Below are positions 10,048 to 18,998 of a stretch of 64,000 bases of DNA, piece after piece. Position numbers and translations under genes: made by a program. The notes under the pieces are model-generated. The model did not search any database and was not told the origin of the DNA. It saw nothing but the letters and a program-made list of their open reading frames with translations. Source of the stretch: a virus; IMG/VR virus record IMGVR_UViG_3300025154_000049, positions 1 to 64,000 of that record. The stretch is one strand, 5' to 3'. The number at the start of each line of letters is the position of its first letter. Position 1 is the first letter of the stretch.

Positions 10048-10726
10048 AGGGTCTGGTTATTTCTGCCTCCGCATAATTCGCAGGATTAACAAGATATTCA
10101 AAATGACAATCAGAACATTTGAATGGTATCTTAGATAATCCATGATAAAGTAATTTATTGATATATTCTACTTTTTCTACATCATCTCCTACTAGGCTAT
10201 ATATTAAGTTATAGGCTTCTCCCGAAGGTAAGTTATCCACGTGTTTAGCAAAAACATATATGACATCTCTTATTTTATCTAACTTTAATATCTCCAAGTA
10301 ATCCCTAATAGTTAAAAATTTAAAAGAAACTTCTGTTTCTTTAATTCTAATTCTTATAGGCATCTTAGGAATCTCAGTATCCTCAAAATCCATATCTTTT
10401 AATTCTAGGGTTCTCGAGTTTTTTAAATCACAGTTAGGACAGAAAGCTTGCATTTGAAACAAAGGAGTTCCAAGACTTGCTATCTTTCTTAACCATCCAA
10501 TATAAACAACATCATAGAAAGTTAATTCATATTTATCCATTCCAGTAGCCCTTACACCCTGTAAAAGATATTCATATAATTGTACAGCATCCATATTAGA
10601 GTTATTTATCTTTTGTAAATCTCCCAATGTATAAGGATTATAATAAATCCTAGTAGCTTCTGGGTAAGATAGTTTTTTAGAAGGTAGATTCTTAATCTCC
10701 ACTTCTGGTAAAAATTTGTTTTCCAT
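10001..10726 (-). CDS. Baseplate hub assembly / tail assembly chaperone (T4 gp26-like)
   Basis: LPSKKLSYP, LRKIASLG, CPNC and CSDC zinc pairs, FKFLTIRD; lies between tube and tape measure genes. Confidence 0.75.
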   Translation of the reverse strand: MENKFLPEVEIKNLPSKKLSYPEATRIYYNPYTLGDLQKINNSNMDAVQLYEYLLQGVRATGMDKYELTFYDVVYIGWLRKIASLGTPLFQMQAFCPNCDLKNSRTLELKDMDFEDTEIPKMPIRIRIKETEVSFKFLTIRDYLEILKLDKIRDVIYVFAKHVDNLPSGEAYNLIYSLVGDDVEKVEYINKLLYHGLSKIPFKCSDCHFEYLVNPANYAEAEITRPFRGQEYDIRNEISFG

Positions 10727-10742
10727 CCAACAACCTCTCCTG

Positions 10743-11411
10743 TTATCCTAAATAATCAATTACTAAAAAATTAACTGTTAATTCTCTAGCAGAGGAATCC
10801 CGAGAGGACATTTCTACTTTAACATCCCCCCTAGGAATTACTTTATATTTAGTTTCTAATACGATATTTCTCTCAAAATTTAATTTATACACAGATAAAT
10901 CTCGATAGGAATCTTCTAAATAGTTACAAGTAACTCCATCATGCACCTCTAAAAACCAAGCACGTAATGATTTTTCTATTATACATTCTTCTGTATCATA
11001 TATTGTCATACTTATTTCTGGTATACCTTTTTGAGAAGGTATCCTGAAATTATTATAGTTTGGTAATGCTATATCTTGGGTAACTATCTCTGGTAAGTTT
11101 TCTGTAACGGTACTAGCGGGAATGATGTAATTATCCAAAGGACTATTTATACCCCCCTGAAGTCTTACCATGAATAGATATTTAGCTCCCCAAGTAATAT
11201 CGAAAACGGTGGATAAATCGTCCCTCGAAGAATTATTAACAACTCCAGAAGAAAGAAGTCTTTGAATATCGCCTACCTTATCTGACAATGCTCCTAGAGA
11301 GGATATCTTACCTAAGCTATCCTTAGCATTTTGAATTCCTTCTTTAGCTACAGAATCCGCTGTCTGAGATATCGCTCCAGTTAATAATTTAGGAGTGTAT
11401 TTATCAACCAT
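10743..11411 (-). CDS. Tail tube paralogue / tube initiator (gp54-like)
   Basis: gp19-fold motifs ISMTIYD..LRAW, ELTVNF; late promoter at 11437-11447. Confidence 0.6.
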   Translation of the reverse strand: MVDKYTPKLLTGAISQTADSVAKEGIQNAKDSLGKISSLGALSDKVGDIQRLLSSGVVNNSSRDDLSTVFDITWGAKYLFMVRLQGGINSPLDNYIIPASTVTENLPEIVTQDIALPNYNNFRIPSQKGIPEISMTIYDTEECIIEKSLRAWFLEVHDGVTCNYLEDSYRDLSVYKLNFERNIVLETKYKVIPRGDVKVEMSSRDSSARELTVNFLVIDYLG

Positions 11412-11472
11412 AATTAAATCCTACCTCATTCCTATTTATAATATAAATTATCTTGAGGTAGTATTTTTAAAT

Positions 11473-11847
11473 TTAAACTCGGTAGATAGCTAAGATACGT
11501 TCTATTGATGGGTCGCTTTTAGCTAAAGCACTCGCTTCATTAACACAAGTAGCGTAAACAAATTTCTTAGATTGAGCAAAACCTTTAATAGTACAGTCTA
11601 TTCTATATTGATAATAGTTACTCCCATAAATATTATTGCTAACAGTTTCTTCTTTCGTTTCCTTGGAACAAGAAATTGCTGGAGGAGTATTAAACATAAC
11701 CCAAACTACAAAAGCTATGAAAGCTACTACTAAAATAACAACTGGATTAATCATCATAGCTATTAAAGAACCCATAACTAGGATACCTATCAAGATATTA
11801 GAAACAAAATTGTCTTCCTTGGTTTGGTATCTTTCTATATCTAACAT
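11473..11847 (-). CDS. Small membrane protein inserted in the tail module (moron-like)
   Basis: Two hydrophobic helices at about aa 15-52; own promoter. Confidence 0.6.
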   Translation of the reverse strand: MLDIERYQTKEDNFVSNILIGILVMGSLIAMMINPVVILVVAFIAFVVWVMFNTPPAISCSKETKEETVSNNIYGSNYYQYRIDCTIKGFAQSKKFVYATCVNEASALAKSDPSIERILAIYRV

Positions 11848-11879
11848 AATTCAGTCCTCTATCTTAACCTTATATAATT

Positions 11880-11916
11880 AGTATAATATAAAAGAGGGTT
11901 GTTGTCAACCCTCTTT
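11880..11916 (-). promoter_or_regulatory. Overlapping terminator, sigma70 promoter and late promoter
   Basis: Hairpin AGAGGGTTG..CAACCCTCT-TTT contains TTGACA (11908-11903), 17 bp from TATACT (11885-11880); TTTATATTATA at 11892-11882. Confidence 0.7.
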
Positions 11917-11943
11917 AAGCGTATTATGAACTTTTGTAACGTA

Positions 11944-12480
11944 TTATACCTTTTGTCCATCTGCCAAGAAATAATCGAATCTCAAAGTTATTTCTGGGTT
12001 TATTGTAGCATTAGAATCTCCCGCAGGGCTTCCTATGGTATGAGACTGCATCCAGCAATTTTTAAGAGTATACTCAAATATCTTAGCATTTTCACTGGCT
12101 AGAGGTCTTAATACTATAGTAGGACAAATATACTCAGGTTTTCTTTTTTGGGTACCTGCCCCTGGTTTCCAAAGTAACTCTCCCCAGTCTCTGATAAATC
12201 TTTCAATGATACCATTATCACTTTCAACAAATGTTAAAGTGATGGGGTCATACGTCCTTAATCCTGCTTGGTATACTTTGTGTCCATGAATACCAACCTC
12301 TATTTCTTCATTAGAAAATTTAGGGTATTCTGAAGAAAGAGCACGAGCGTTCAAAGAATCGCTGTTGTAATTTCCAGCATTAGCTATAGCCGATGGAAGG
12401 GTAGGTATAATAACTTCCCATCTATACAGAACAGCAAAATCCTGATTGTTGATGATTTGAATTATGTCTGGTCTAGTCAT
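11944..12480 (-). CDS. gp19: Tail tube protein (T4 gp19-like)
   Basis: YPKFSNEEIEV..KVYQAG..YDPITLTFVE..YTLKNCW..ITLRFDY. Confidence 0.9.
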   Translation of the reverse strand: MTRPDIIQIINNQDFAVLYRWEVIIPTLPSAIANAGNYNSDSLNARALSSEYPKFSNEEIEVGIHGHKVYQAGLRTYDPITLTFVESDNGIIERFIRDWGELLWKPGAGTQKRKPEYICPTIVLRPLASENAKIFEYTLKNCWMQSHTIGSPAGDSNATINPEITLRFDYFLADGQKV

Positions 12481-12500
12481 CTAAAAGACTCCTATCTATA

Positions 12501-14558
12501 TTATCCTAGTAAGTTCTGAGCTAAATTTAAGTCAAATCCAGTTCTTGTGATAACCACTGACAGTGTAATAAATTCTGCTGTTTTAGTTGGTTGCACAAAT
12601 AACCAGACGTTCATTATGTTATTGTCTATATCGGCTGGAGTATTGTTTGTTTCATCACAAACAACTTTATAATCATAGACACCTTTTCTGGATTTTATGT
12701 TATCCATATAAGATTCCATACCTGTTCTTATTAATAATCTTGTGAAGTCGTCATTAAATTCAAACAGATAATCTTCTAAGAAAGCTGCTAAAGCTGGTTC
12801 TATGGTTATTAAAAGTAATCTCACGTTCAATCTATCTAGTGCTGAAGGTCTAGCAGATAATGTTTTTTGACCCCAGATAGCTATCCCTTTTCCCACAGAA
12901 AATTTAATAGGGTTAATTCCTGAATCATAGAGTAAATCCAATTCCCCTTCAGTAAATCTTCTTTTGGTGTCAAGTACATTAATCATACCTCTTTTGAAAC
13001 CTGCTGGAGCGAACCATATTTCGTAATTTGAAGAGGTATCTGATATAGCTGCTGCTGCGTATCCGTCAGGTGCCACGAATATATCTCTATCATTAAACCT
13101 GTCTCTAATTTTAACGTGGGGTGAGTATAGAGCAGAGTATGAAGAATTCAGGTTAAGAGTGGTTTTTCTATAAGTAACTATGTCCGTCATATAGTTACTT
13201 GAATCTTCAGTATAATATGGAGTAGACAATATACCAACACAGTCTTTTCTGCTTTGGCACAAACTATCTATAGCTTGTTGATATGCTACGGTAGCCCATC
13301 CTCCGTCCATTATTACTGTTAAAGGTATCTCTGCTTTGTTATTCAATGTATTAAGAGCACTAATCATATTAGTATCAGTTACTGATAATCCGTCTAATGC
13401 TCCAGTTAATGTCAAGAAGGTAGTTTGTTCTTTTATAGTCTCAGTACTGACAAGAGAAGTATTATCTATTGCCCTAATATAACTAGAACCTAATAGAACA
13501 TCTTCTATGTAGATGTTTTTACCATATCCATCTTTAGCATTTACATCTCTCGAACATGTAAATACCTCTAAAGTTTCTCCAGTAGATTGTTTATACACTT
13601 GAATCTGAAACGCATCTGGTTCTTTTACAACGTCTGGACTATTAGCATAAGTAAATAATTTTATCTCAATATCATTAGCCCAAGAACCTTGATTAGCTCC
13701 TGTTATAAGGAATAAGTCATCTGATTGAAATTCATAAGTTTGTGGATTTACTAAACTGTTTCTAAAAATGGTACCGTCTACTACGTTACTAGCTAATGTT
13801 TCGGATACTACAACTTCTGTATCTCCTGCTACTAAAGTAGCACTTACTACTGTATAAACTCCATCATTTCCCGTAGAGCCTTGAACTCCTATTTTATCTC
13901 CAACATGACAAAAAGATGTTAAATCTGTAGCCATTGTGAATTTTTTGTTAGGTTGGTCTACTGCTGTAATAGCTCCTATCTCAACATCAGTTAATTGGAT
14001 GTTGGTATTAATAGTAGATACCTCTTTGTATATGCTACCGTCTGCTGTAGCATCGGGAACAACTTCGGATACTACAACTTCTGTATCTCCTGCTACTAAA
14101 GTAGCACTTACTACTGTATAAACTCCGTCATTTCCAGTAGAGCCTTGAACATTTATAGAAGTAACTCCTGTAAAGGAAGCTGTTAAATCTCCAGTTAATG
14201 TGAATTTTTTGTTAGGTTGGTCTACTGCTGTGATAGCTCCTATTAGAGTATTAACTAATATAGGAGTTTTTCTCACAACTAAACCACCGTATGTGGAACC
14301 ATTATCGGCTCTTACAACCCATAATCTATTAGCTTTTGATAAATAGGCTAAGGCAGAATAAAAAGCCATATTATATCCCACTTCTACTCTTTGATTAGGA
14401 GTAAAATAGTTTAATAAGTCTGTATCCGAAGTTACAAATATAGGCTTATTAATATCACCTTTTGGTGCTGGGATAGCTATAGCTGCATAAGTTCCTAAGG
14501 AACTTGGAACTCTTGTAGAGATATCAATCTCTTTTACATTTATGCGAGGTGCTGTCAT
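12501..14558 (-). CDS. gp18: Tail sheath protein (T4 gp18-like) with a tandemly duplicated insert
   Basis: PRINVKEIDIS, WFAPAGFKRG, WGQKTL..ALDRLNVRLL, FEFNDDFTR, DYKVVCDETNNTP. Confidence 0.95.
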   Translation of the reverse strand: MTAPRINVKEIDISTRVPSSLGTYAAIAIPAPKGDINKPIFVTSDTDLLNYFTPNQRVEVGYNMAFYSALAYLSKANRLWVVRADNGSTYGGLVVRKTPILVNTLIGAITAVDQPNKKFTLTGDLTASFTGVTSINVQGSTGNDGVYTVVSATLVAGDTEVVVSEVVPDATADGSIYKEVSTINTNIQLTDVEIGAITAVDQPNKKFTMATDLTSFCHVGDKIGVQGSTGNDGVYTVVSATLVAGDTEVVVSETLASNVVDGTIFRNSLVNPQTYEFQSDDLFLITGANQGSWANDIEIKLFTYANSPDVVKEPDAFQIQVYKQSTGETLEVFTCSRDVNAKDGYGKNIYIEDVLLGSSYIRAIDNTSLVSTETIKEQTTFLTLTGALDGLSVTDTNMISALNTLNNKAEIPLTVIMDGGWATVAYQQAIDSLCQSRKDCVGILSTPYYTEDSSNYMTDIVTYRKTTLNLNSSYSALYSPHVKIRDRFNDRDIFVAPDGYAAAAISDTSSNYEIWFAPAGFKRGMINVLDTKRRFTEGELDLLYDSGINPIKFSVGKGIAIWGQKTLSARPSALDRLNVRLLLITIEPALAAFLEDYLFEFNDDFTRLLIRTGMESYMDNIKSRKGVYDYKVVCDETNNTPADIDNNIMNVWLFVQPTKTAEFITLSVVITRTGFDLNLAQNLLG
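13800..14242. repeat. Near-identical tandem duplication (264-bp period) inside the sheath gene
   Basis: 13800-13885 matches 14064-14149 and 13935-13978 matches 14199-14242 with only a few substitutions. Confidence 0.9.
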
Positions 14559-14579
14559 TATTAATTCTCCCGTATCAAA

Positions 14580-14741
14580 TTATATTAATTTTTGTATTTT
14601 TAACAGAGGATTAAGTGCTCCTTCTATATCGGAGATTTTCTCAACAAAGAAACTTTCCCTAGGAGATACTACTTTAGATTCTCCTTTAAGAACTATATTT
14701 ATAGGGTAATCTGCTCTGGAAACGATTTTTGCTTCAAACAT
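14580..14741 (-). CDS. Small hypothetical virion-associated protein
   Basis: Likely start MFEAK at 14741 (AGGAG SD, late promoter 14778-14788). Confidence 0.55.
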   Translation of the reverse strand: MFEAKIVSRADYPINIVLKGESKVVSPRESFFVEKISDIEGALNPLLKIQKLI

Positions 14742-14791
14742 TTTATTATAACTCCTAATTAATACTTCAATCCTATTTATAATATAAACTA

Positions 14792-15724
14792 TCAACCATC
14801 TATATTTATTTCCTCGTATGGTTGGTTCATAATTAAATTTCCCATATCTGGAACATTTTTTATCTTTAAAGATATATGTTTTATTAGCTTAGAACTTGCA
14901 ATTCCAGAAGGACCCCCTGAAGCATTTTCTTTTTTTATGACGGGATACTCTAAATTAAACGAATTAACTAAAAAGCATATTTCCCCTCTTGATTGGTCGT
15001 TATAGTTTTCAAATTGGTTAGATTCAATATCTTTTAAAAATATTGTAGCTGGAACTTCCATTATCGTATTTTGTTTAATCATGATTCCATCAGCTATAGC
15101 AGAATTTATAGATTCTTGAACTATTATTTCTGTGGTTCCCGCTACTATGATTGAACTTACTACGGTATAAGAACCGTTATTACCAGTAGAGTTTATAAGT
15201 AACAGAGAGTTTAGAGGTTCTAAAGTAAATTCTGCATTCAAAGTAAATTTTTTAAGTCCTTGGTCTACTCCAATTACAGTATCCAAATCCAAATAATCTG
15301 TTGGAACTTGATAAGTAGTCTGATAATGTTTGGTTCTGTCGTAAGCCATTAAAAAATATTCTTCAAACTCCATTAAATAGGTAGGGTCGTTAGATACCCA
15401 ACAAATATTAGTTTGAGCTTGCACATTCTTAACAGTATATAAATCTGCCGATAATGCTCCTACGTTTCTATGAGATGCTTTAAATTGTCTTGGTTGTGTG
15501 GGAACAGCATTTAAAACTCCTCTATTATACATAGCAAAAATAAAAGGTTCCCCCCTATCCTCATAAACAAATTGAGATAATCTTTTGTATACCTTGTCTT
15601 CAAAGCTAAAATTAATATTATAAAAATAATGCTTGTTCCCTATATCTGGAAACTCTAAAAAATTAAAGCCAGAATTAACTTTCATATCTATAAAGAATCT
15701 TTGTACTGCAAACTGATAAAACAT
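14792..15724 (-). CDS. Tail terminator / sheath stabiliser (gp15-like) with an inserted module
   Basis: Gene order upstream of the sheath; insert at 15085-15280 is similar to the sheath repeat. Confidence 0.55.
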   Translation of the reverse strand: MFYQFAVQRFFIDMKVNSGFNFLEFPDIGNKHYFYNINFSFEDKVYKRLSQFVYEDRGEPFIFAMYNRGVLNAVPTQPRQFKASHRNVGALSADLYTVKNVQAQTNICWVSNDPTYLMEFEEYFLMAYDRTKHYQTTYQVPTDYLDLDTVIGVDQGLKKFTLNAEFTLEPLNSLLLINSTGNNGSYTVVSSIIVAGTTEIIVQESINSAIADGIMIKQNTIMEVPATIFLKDIESNQFENYNDQSRGEICFLVNSFNLEYPVIKKENASGGPSGIASSKLIKHISLKIKNVPDMGNLIMNQPYEEINIDG

Positions 15725-15734
15725 ATTCTTTCCT

Positions 15735-16196
15735 TTAAGTAAGTGGACGTAAGTATTGTTTAATCATAATAGTGCTGTGGTCTCCAGTAACAACTCCATT
15801 AGCATCTGTAGCTAAGGCACCAGTAACCACTTTATCTATTTCTGTTTGGAAAGACATCTTAGCCCCTCCTAAGAAAGCATCTATCCTAGCTCTTGGGGGT
15901 ATCCTTTTCTGTTCATGAGTTATTATGTAAGGTCTTTCGTCTCCAAAGAAGCTTTCAAACTGAGTTAAATTTCCTCTCATAGCATCTGGTTTTATAAAAT
16001 TAACTATAAGGATTTTTCTATTCGTTTCATCTGGAATAGCCTTATATCTTACTTTTCCAAAATCATCAAACATATCATCCAACTTATCTGGTAAGTATAC
16101 ACTACAAGGGAGTCCAAACAAATCTTCGTATATGTCTAAAATATCTGGTGTTAAATCCGTAAAAATCTGCAATAAATCTGTAAGAATTGACGACAT
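15735..16196 (-). CDS. Head completion / neck protein (gp14-like)
   Basis: DLFGLPCSVYLP N-terminal pattern and gene order. Confidence 0.5.
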   Translation of the reverse strand: MSSILTDLLQIFTDLTPDILDIYEDLFGLPCSVYLPDKLDDMFDDFGKVRYKAIPDETNRKILIVNFIKPDAMRGNLTQFESFFGDERPYIITHEQKRIPPRARIDAFLGGAKMSFQTEIDKVVTGALATDANGVVTGDHSTIMIKQYLRPLT

Positions 16197-16231
16197 CTAA
16201 TAATCCTCTCAATCTAAATATAATATAAAAC

Positions 16232-16262
16232 AAAAATGGGACAGACCTCTCGGTTGTCCCTT
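16232..16262 (-). terminator. Intrinsic terminator between two late promoters
   Basis: GGGACAACC-GAGA-GGTCTGTCCC-ATTTTT; late motifs at 16269-16279 and 16219-16229. Confidence 0.65.
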
Positions 16263-16280
16263 AGTAATTATAATATAAAA

Positions 16281-16859
16281 TTATCTTTCGTTTATGAGAT
16301 TATCTAAATGTTTACTAAAATAGAAGAGAACTTCTCTTTTATCAGACTCTGTAGCGTGGTGGTATTTCTGTATCTCTTTCCATACCTCTTCTTTGCTCAA
16401 ATCCTTCCATCTATTTTTTATGTTGTTCTCTATCCGTTCTATAGTTCCAGTATAACCTGTTTTATGATTTCCTCCTCCAAAGTCTCCTACCCCTTCATGT
16501 TTCTTTTTCTTTTTAGTCGATTTCATTTTCTTAGAGGCACCAGCACCCGATAAGTTATAATTCTGACCTCTGGCATCTACTACGCTCAAAGGAAGTTTAG
16601 GAAGTGCTCCTAAGTCAGCTACCGTTCCGTCCTCTTGTATTTTTGCTCTTCCTACATTTATAGCTTGTATTAAATGTTCTTTTACCTGTTTAGCTCTTTC
16701 TACTACATCGTCGGATGCTCCGTAGGACATTCCTTCGTCTTTTATTATGCTGTCTAAGGTCTCGAGAGAATTGTGTATATCGTCAAGAGTACTTTGTAGA
16801 GTATCTTCATATATATCATAGTTTTCGTTTATTACTTTTTTTATTCTCTTGAAAGACAT
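16281..16859 (-). CDS. Putative internal head protein
   Basis: Start MSFKRIKKVINE carries the shared N-terminal tag. Confidence 0.55.
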   Translation of the reverse strand: MSFKRIKKVINENYDIYEDTLQSTLDDIHNSLETLDSIIKDEGMSYGASDDVVERAKQVKEHLIQAINVGRAKIQEDGTVADLGALPKLPLSVVDARGQNYNLSGAGASKKMKSTKKKKKHEGVGDFGGGNHKTGYTGTIERIENNIKNRWKDLSKEEVWKEIQKYHHATESDKREVLFYFSKHLDNLINER

Positions 16860-16864
16860 TTTTA

Positions 16865-17098
16865 TTACCATCCATCTTCTTCGTTATCGTAATCATCGTA
16901 ACTGTCTTCTTCTGACTGTTCAAAATGGATACATCCAAAGTTCATACCAACCATGTGGTTTCCTTCTTCTACATACACTCCAGCACCATCTATGTTTAGT
17001 TCATTATGTTCATTGACATCTTCGCTAGTACATTCACCCATCAGTCTGGAAGATTCATTCTCTTTATAAAATTTACACTCGTGGCAATACCCAGTCAT
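16865..17098 (-). CDS. Cys-rich hypothetical protein
   Basis: CHEC..C..FGCIHF; acidic tail. Confidence 0.6.
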   Translation of the reverse strand: MTGYCHECKFYKENESSRLMGECTSEDVNEHNELNIDGAGVYVEEGNHMVGMNFGCIHFEQSEEDSYDDYDNEEDGW

Positions 17099-18243
17099 TA
17101 TTCTTCCTCGTCTCCAGATAATTCTTTGTGTAGTTGTACATAGTGGTCATAGTTATCTAAATCTGCTTTAGACACTGAGCCAACACCCATACGTCTTCCT
17201 TCTTTTTGAGCTTGCATAGCTTTAACCTTAGCTATAAATTTAGCTTTCTCTATCTGTTCTGGAGTTCCTGCTCCGACAGCACCTCCAGTTCCACCCTGAA
17301 CATCTATCGCATGGAGTTTAGGAATGTTATTTTTTATATTATCCATAAAGCCTTCACTTTTTTCTGGACGGAATTTAACTTTAAGTTTATCCATGAGAGC
17401 ATCAGCTTTATTACCAATCTCTGGGTCTTCCGATTTATGCCAAACTTTAATATTGTTTAAAGCTCTTATTACCTTGGCATACCCTTTTTTATCTACTAAG
17501 TCAACATAATGTTTAAAAGGAACTTGCCAGAAGTTTTTATCCTCTGGTATCTCTAATAAATCACTATGTTTAACTTTAATCTTGACTTTGGCTTTTTCGT
17601 CGAGTTTTAGAGAATCAATCAATTGATTAATTCGTCCGAAATTTTTACTCTCCATCTTATTTTCCCCATTATCTTTATTATCAATTCTATCCATTTTATC
17701 TTTAGGAGATTCTTCTTCTCCCCCTTTATCTTCCGTAGATAATTGATTCCATTTTTTATTTACATATTCATCGTCAAAAAAAGGTATTACAAACTTCACT
17801 CCCTTATAAGAAGAATAATTTTCTTCTGCTTTGTCTCTAAAAACAAAAGTTCTTCTTACTTGAGTACTGTTATAATTTCCATCATCGTCTACTTCCATAT
17901 AATGAAATATCATATTGTCATCAACACCATTTCCATATATAAAAGAAAGTTGTCCGAATTCCTTAGCTAACTCTTCTAATTCATCTAAAGATAATCCAGT
18001 AACTAAATAAGAATTTTCCAAAACTCCTTCAAAATTTCCTTGAAGGGGAAATACCCTCGTATTGGGATGAGTTTTAAATTTCTTTAAAAGAGTATAATTT
18101 CTTTTATTATTAACAGAGTCGGGTAATCTTTTACCCATACTATTTTCAGCAGTAATAATACCAATACTTAAATTCTTTCCAGACTTTCCTCTTAGTACTT
18201 TTTCCACATCTGAAAAAATAGTTCTTTGCTCTGAGGTTAGCAT
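17098..18243 (-). CDS. DUF3293-like domain protein, possible head-packaged polyprotein
   Basis: GIITAENSMG..NNKRN..L..G.FEG..ENSYLV..LAKEFGQLSFIYG; internal FGRINQLIDSLKLDE tag; late promoter 18273-18283. Confidence 0.6.
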   Translation of the reverse strand: MLTSEQRTIFSDVEKVLRGKSGKNLSIGIITAENSMGKRLPDSVNNKRNYTLLKKFKTHPNTRVFPLQGNFEGVLENSYLVTGLSLDELEELAKEFGQLSFIYGNGVDDNMIFHYMEVDDDGNYNSTQVRRTFVFRDKAEENYSSYKGVKFVIPFFDDEYVNKKWNQLSTEDKGGEEESPKDKMDRIDNKDNGENKMESKNFGRINQLIDSLKLDEKAKVKIKVKHSDLLEIPEDKNFWQVPFKHYVDLVDKKGYAKVIRALNNIKVWHKSEDPEIGNKADALMDKLKVKFRPEKSEGFMDNIKNNIPKLHAIDVQGGTGGAVGAGTPEQIEKAKFIAKVKAMQAQKEGRRMGVGSVSKADLDNYDHYVQLHKELSGDEEE

Positions 18244-18285
18244 TTTTAATCTCCGAATTTAGTTTTCCTAAATATAATATAAATA

Positions 18286-18456
18286 TTACAACCTTGTTTT
18301 TCTAAACTCAAACTTTTTATCGTTTATTAATCCATATAATATAATAGACTCTTTATCACAATCACAAGAAGTTTCCTTACTTCCTAGTTCCAAAGTATTA
18401 GATACTAGTTTAATATTTCCACAAGAATGACATTCTAAGATAGAATAAGTATTCAT
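18286..18456 (-). CDS. Small zinc-ribbon protein
   Basis: CHSC..CDC; start MNTYS with AGGAG SD. Confidence 0.55.
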   Translation of the reverse strand: MNTYSILECHSCGNIKLVSNTLELGSKETSCDCDKESIILYGLINDKKFEFRKTRL

Positions 18457-18458
18457 GG

Positions 18459-18668
18459 TTAAACTCCTAATTCGTTCCATACTTGTAATATAGTGCCATA
18501 ACAAGAATATTCTTTTCCTATCTTATTTCCATCCTTAGTCAAATTCATCACATCTACTAAAATAGAAAAAGGTAACTGTTTTATCTGAACTTTATAAGAA
18601 AGTTGTTTTAACAATTTAACTTTATCTTTTTTATTTAAACTTATTGACCCGTCTTTCAATATTCTCAT
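18459..18668 (-). CDS. Hypothetical early protein
   Basis: AAAGGAG SD; promoter TTGAAA-17-TATTAT at 18723-18695. Confidence 0.55.
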   Translation of the reverse strand: MRILKDGSISLNKKDKVKLLKQLSYKVQIKQLPFSILVDVMNLTKDGNKIGKEYSCYGTILQVWNELGV

Positions 18669-18694
18669 AGTATCTCCTTTAACAATATAATTTT

Positions 18695-18730
18695 ATAATA
18701 ACAAAAAGAAGACTATATTTCAAGTCTTCT
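18695..18730 (-). promoter_or_regulatory. Terminator hairpin overlapping a sigma70-type promoter
   Basis: AGAAGACT-loop-AGTCTTCT-TTTT with TTGAAA inside the hairpin and TG-extended TATTAT 17 bp away. Confidence 0.6.
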
Positions 18731-18762
18731 TCTATAAGTTTGTTACAATACTTATTATTGAT

Positions 18763-18972
18763 TTATTCTTCTTCCCCCCTAAACGTGGGACAAACCTCCC
18801 AAGACATATCTTCAACACCACAGGTAATTTTAGTTTTACTACAAGTTCCATTAACTTGTTTTTGAGGACAAGTTAATATAGTTCCCAAACTAAAACCGCA
18901 GGAACCACAGGTGTCCTCTTTTATATCTATCTCACCGCAACTGGGACAGAAAGCTCTCGTATCTTCTGACAT
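18763..18972 (-). CDS. Cys-rich double zinc-ribbon protein
   Basis: CPSC, CGSC and four further Cys; strong GGAGG SD. Confidence 0.65.
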   Translation of the reverse strand: MSEDTRAFCPSCGEIDIKEDTCGSCGFSLGTILTCPQKQVNGTCSKTKITCGVEDMSWEVCPTFRGEEE

Positions 18973-18998
18973 GTTATCCTCCCCTTAAACTTTATATA

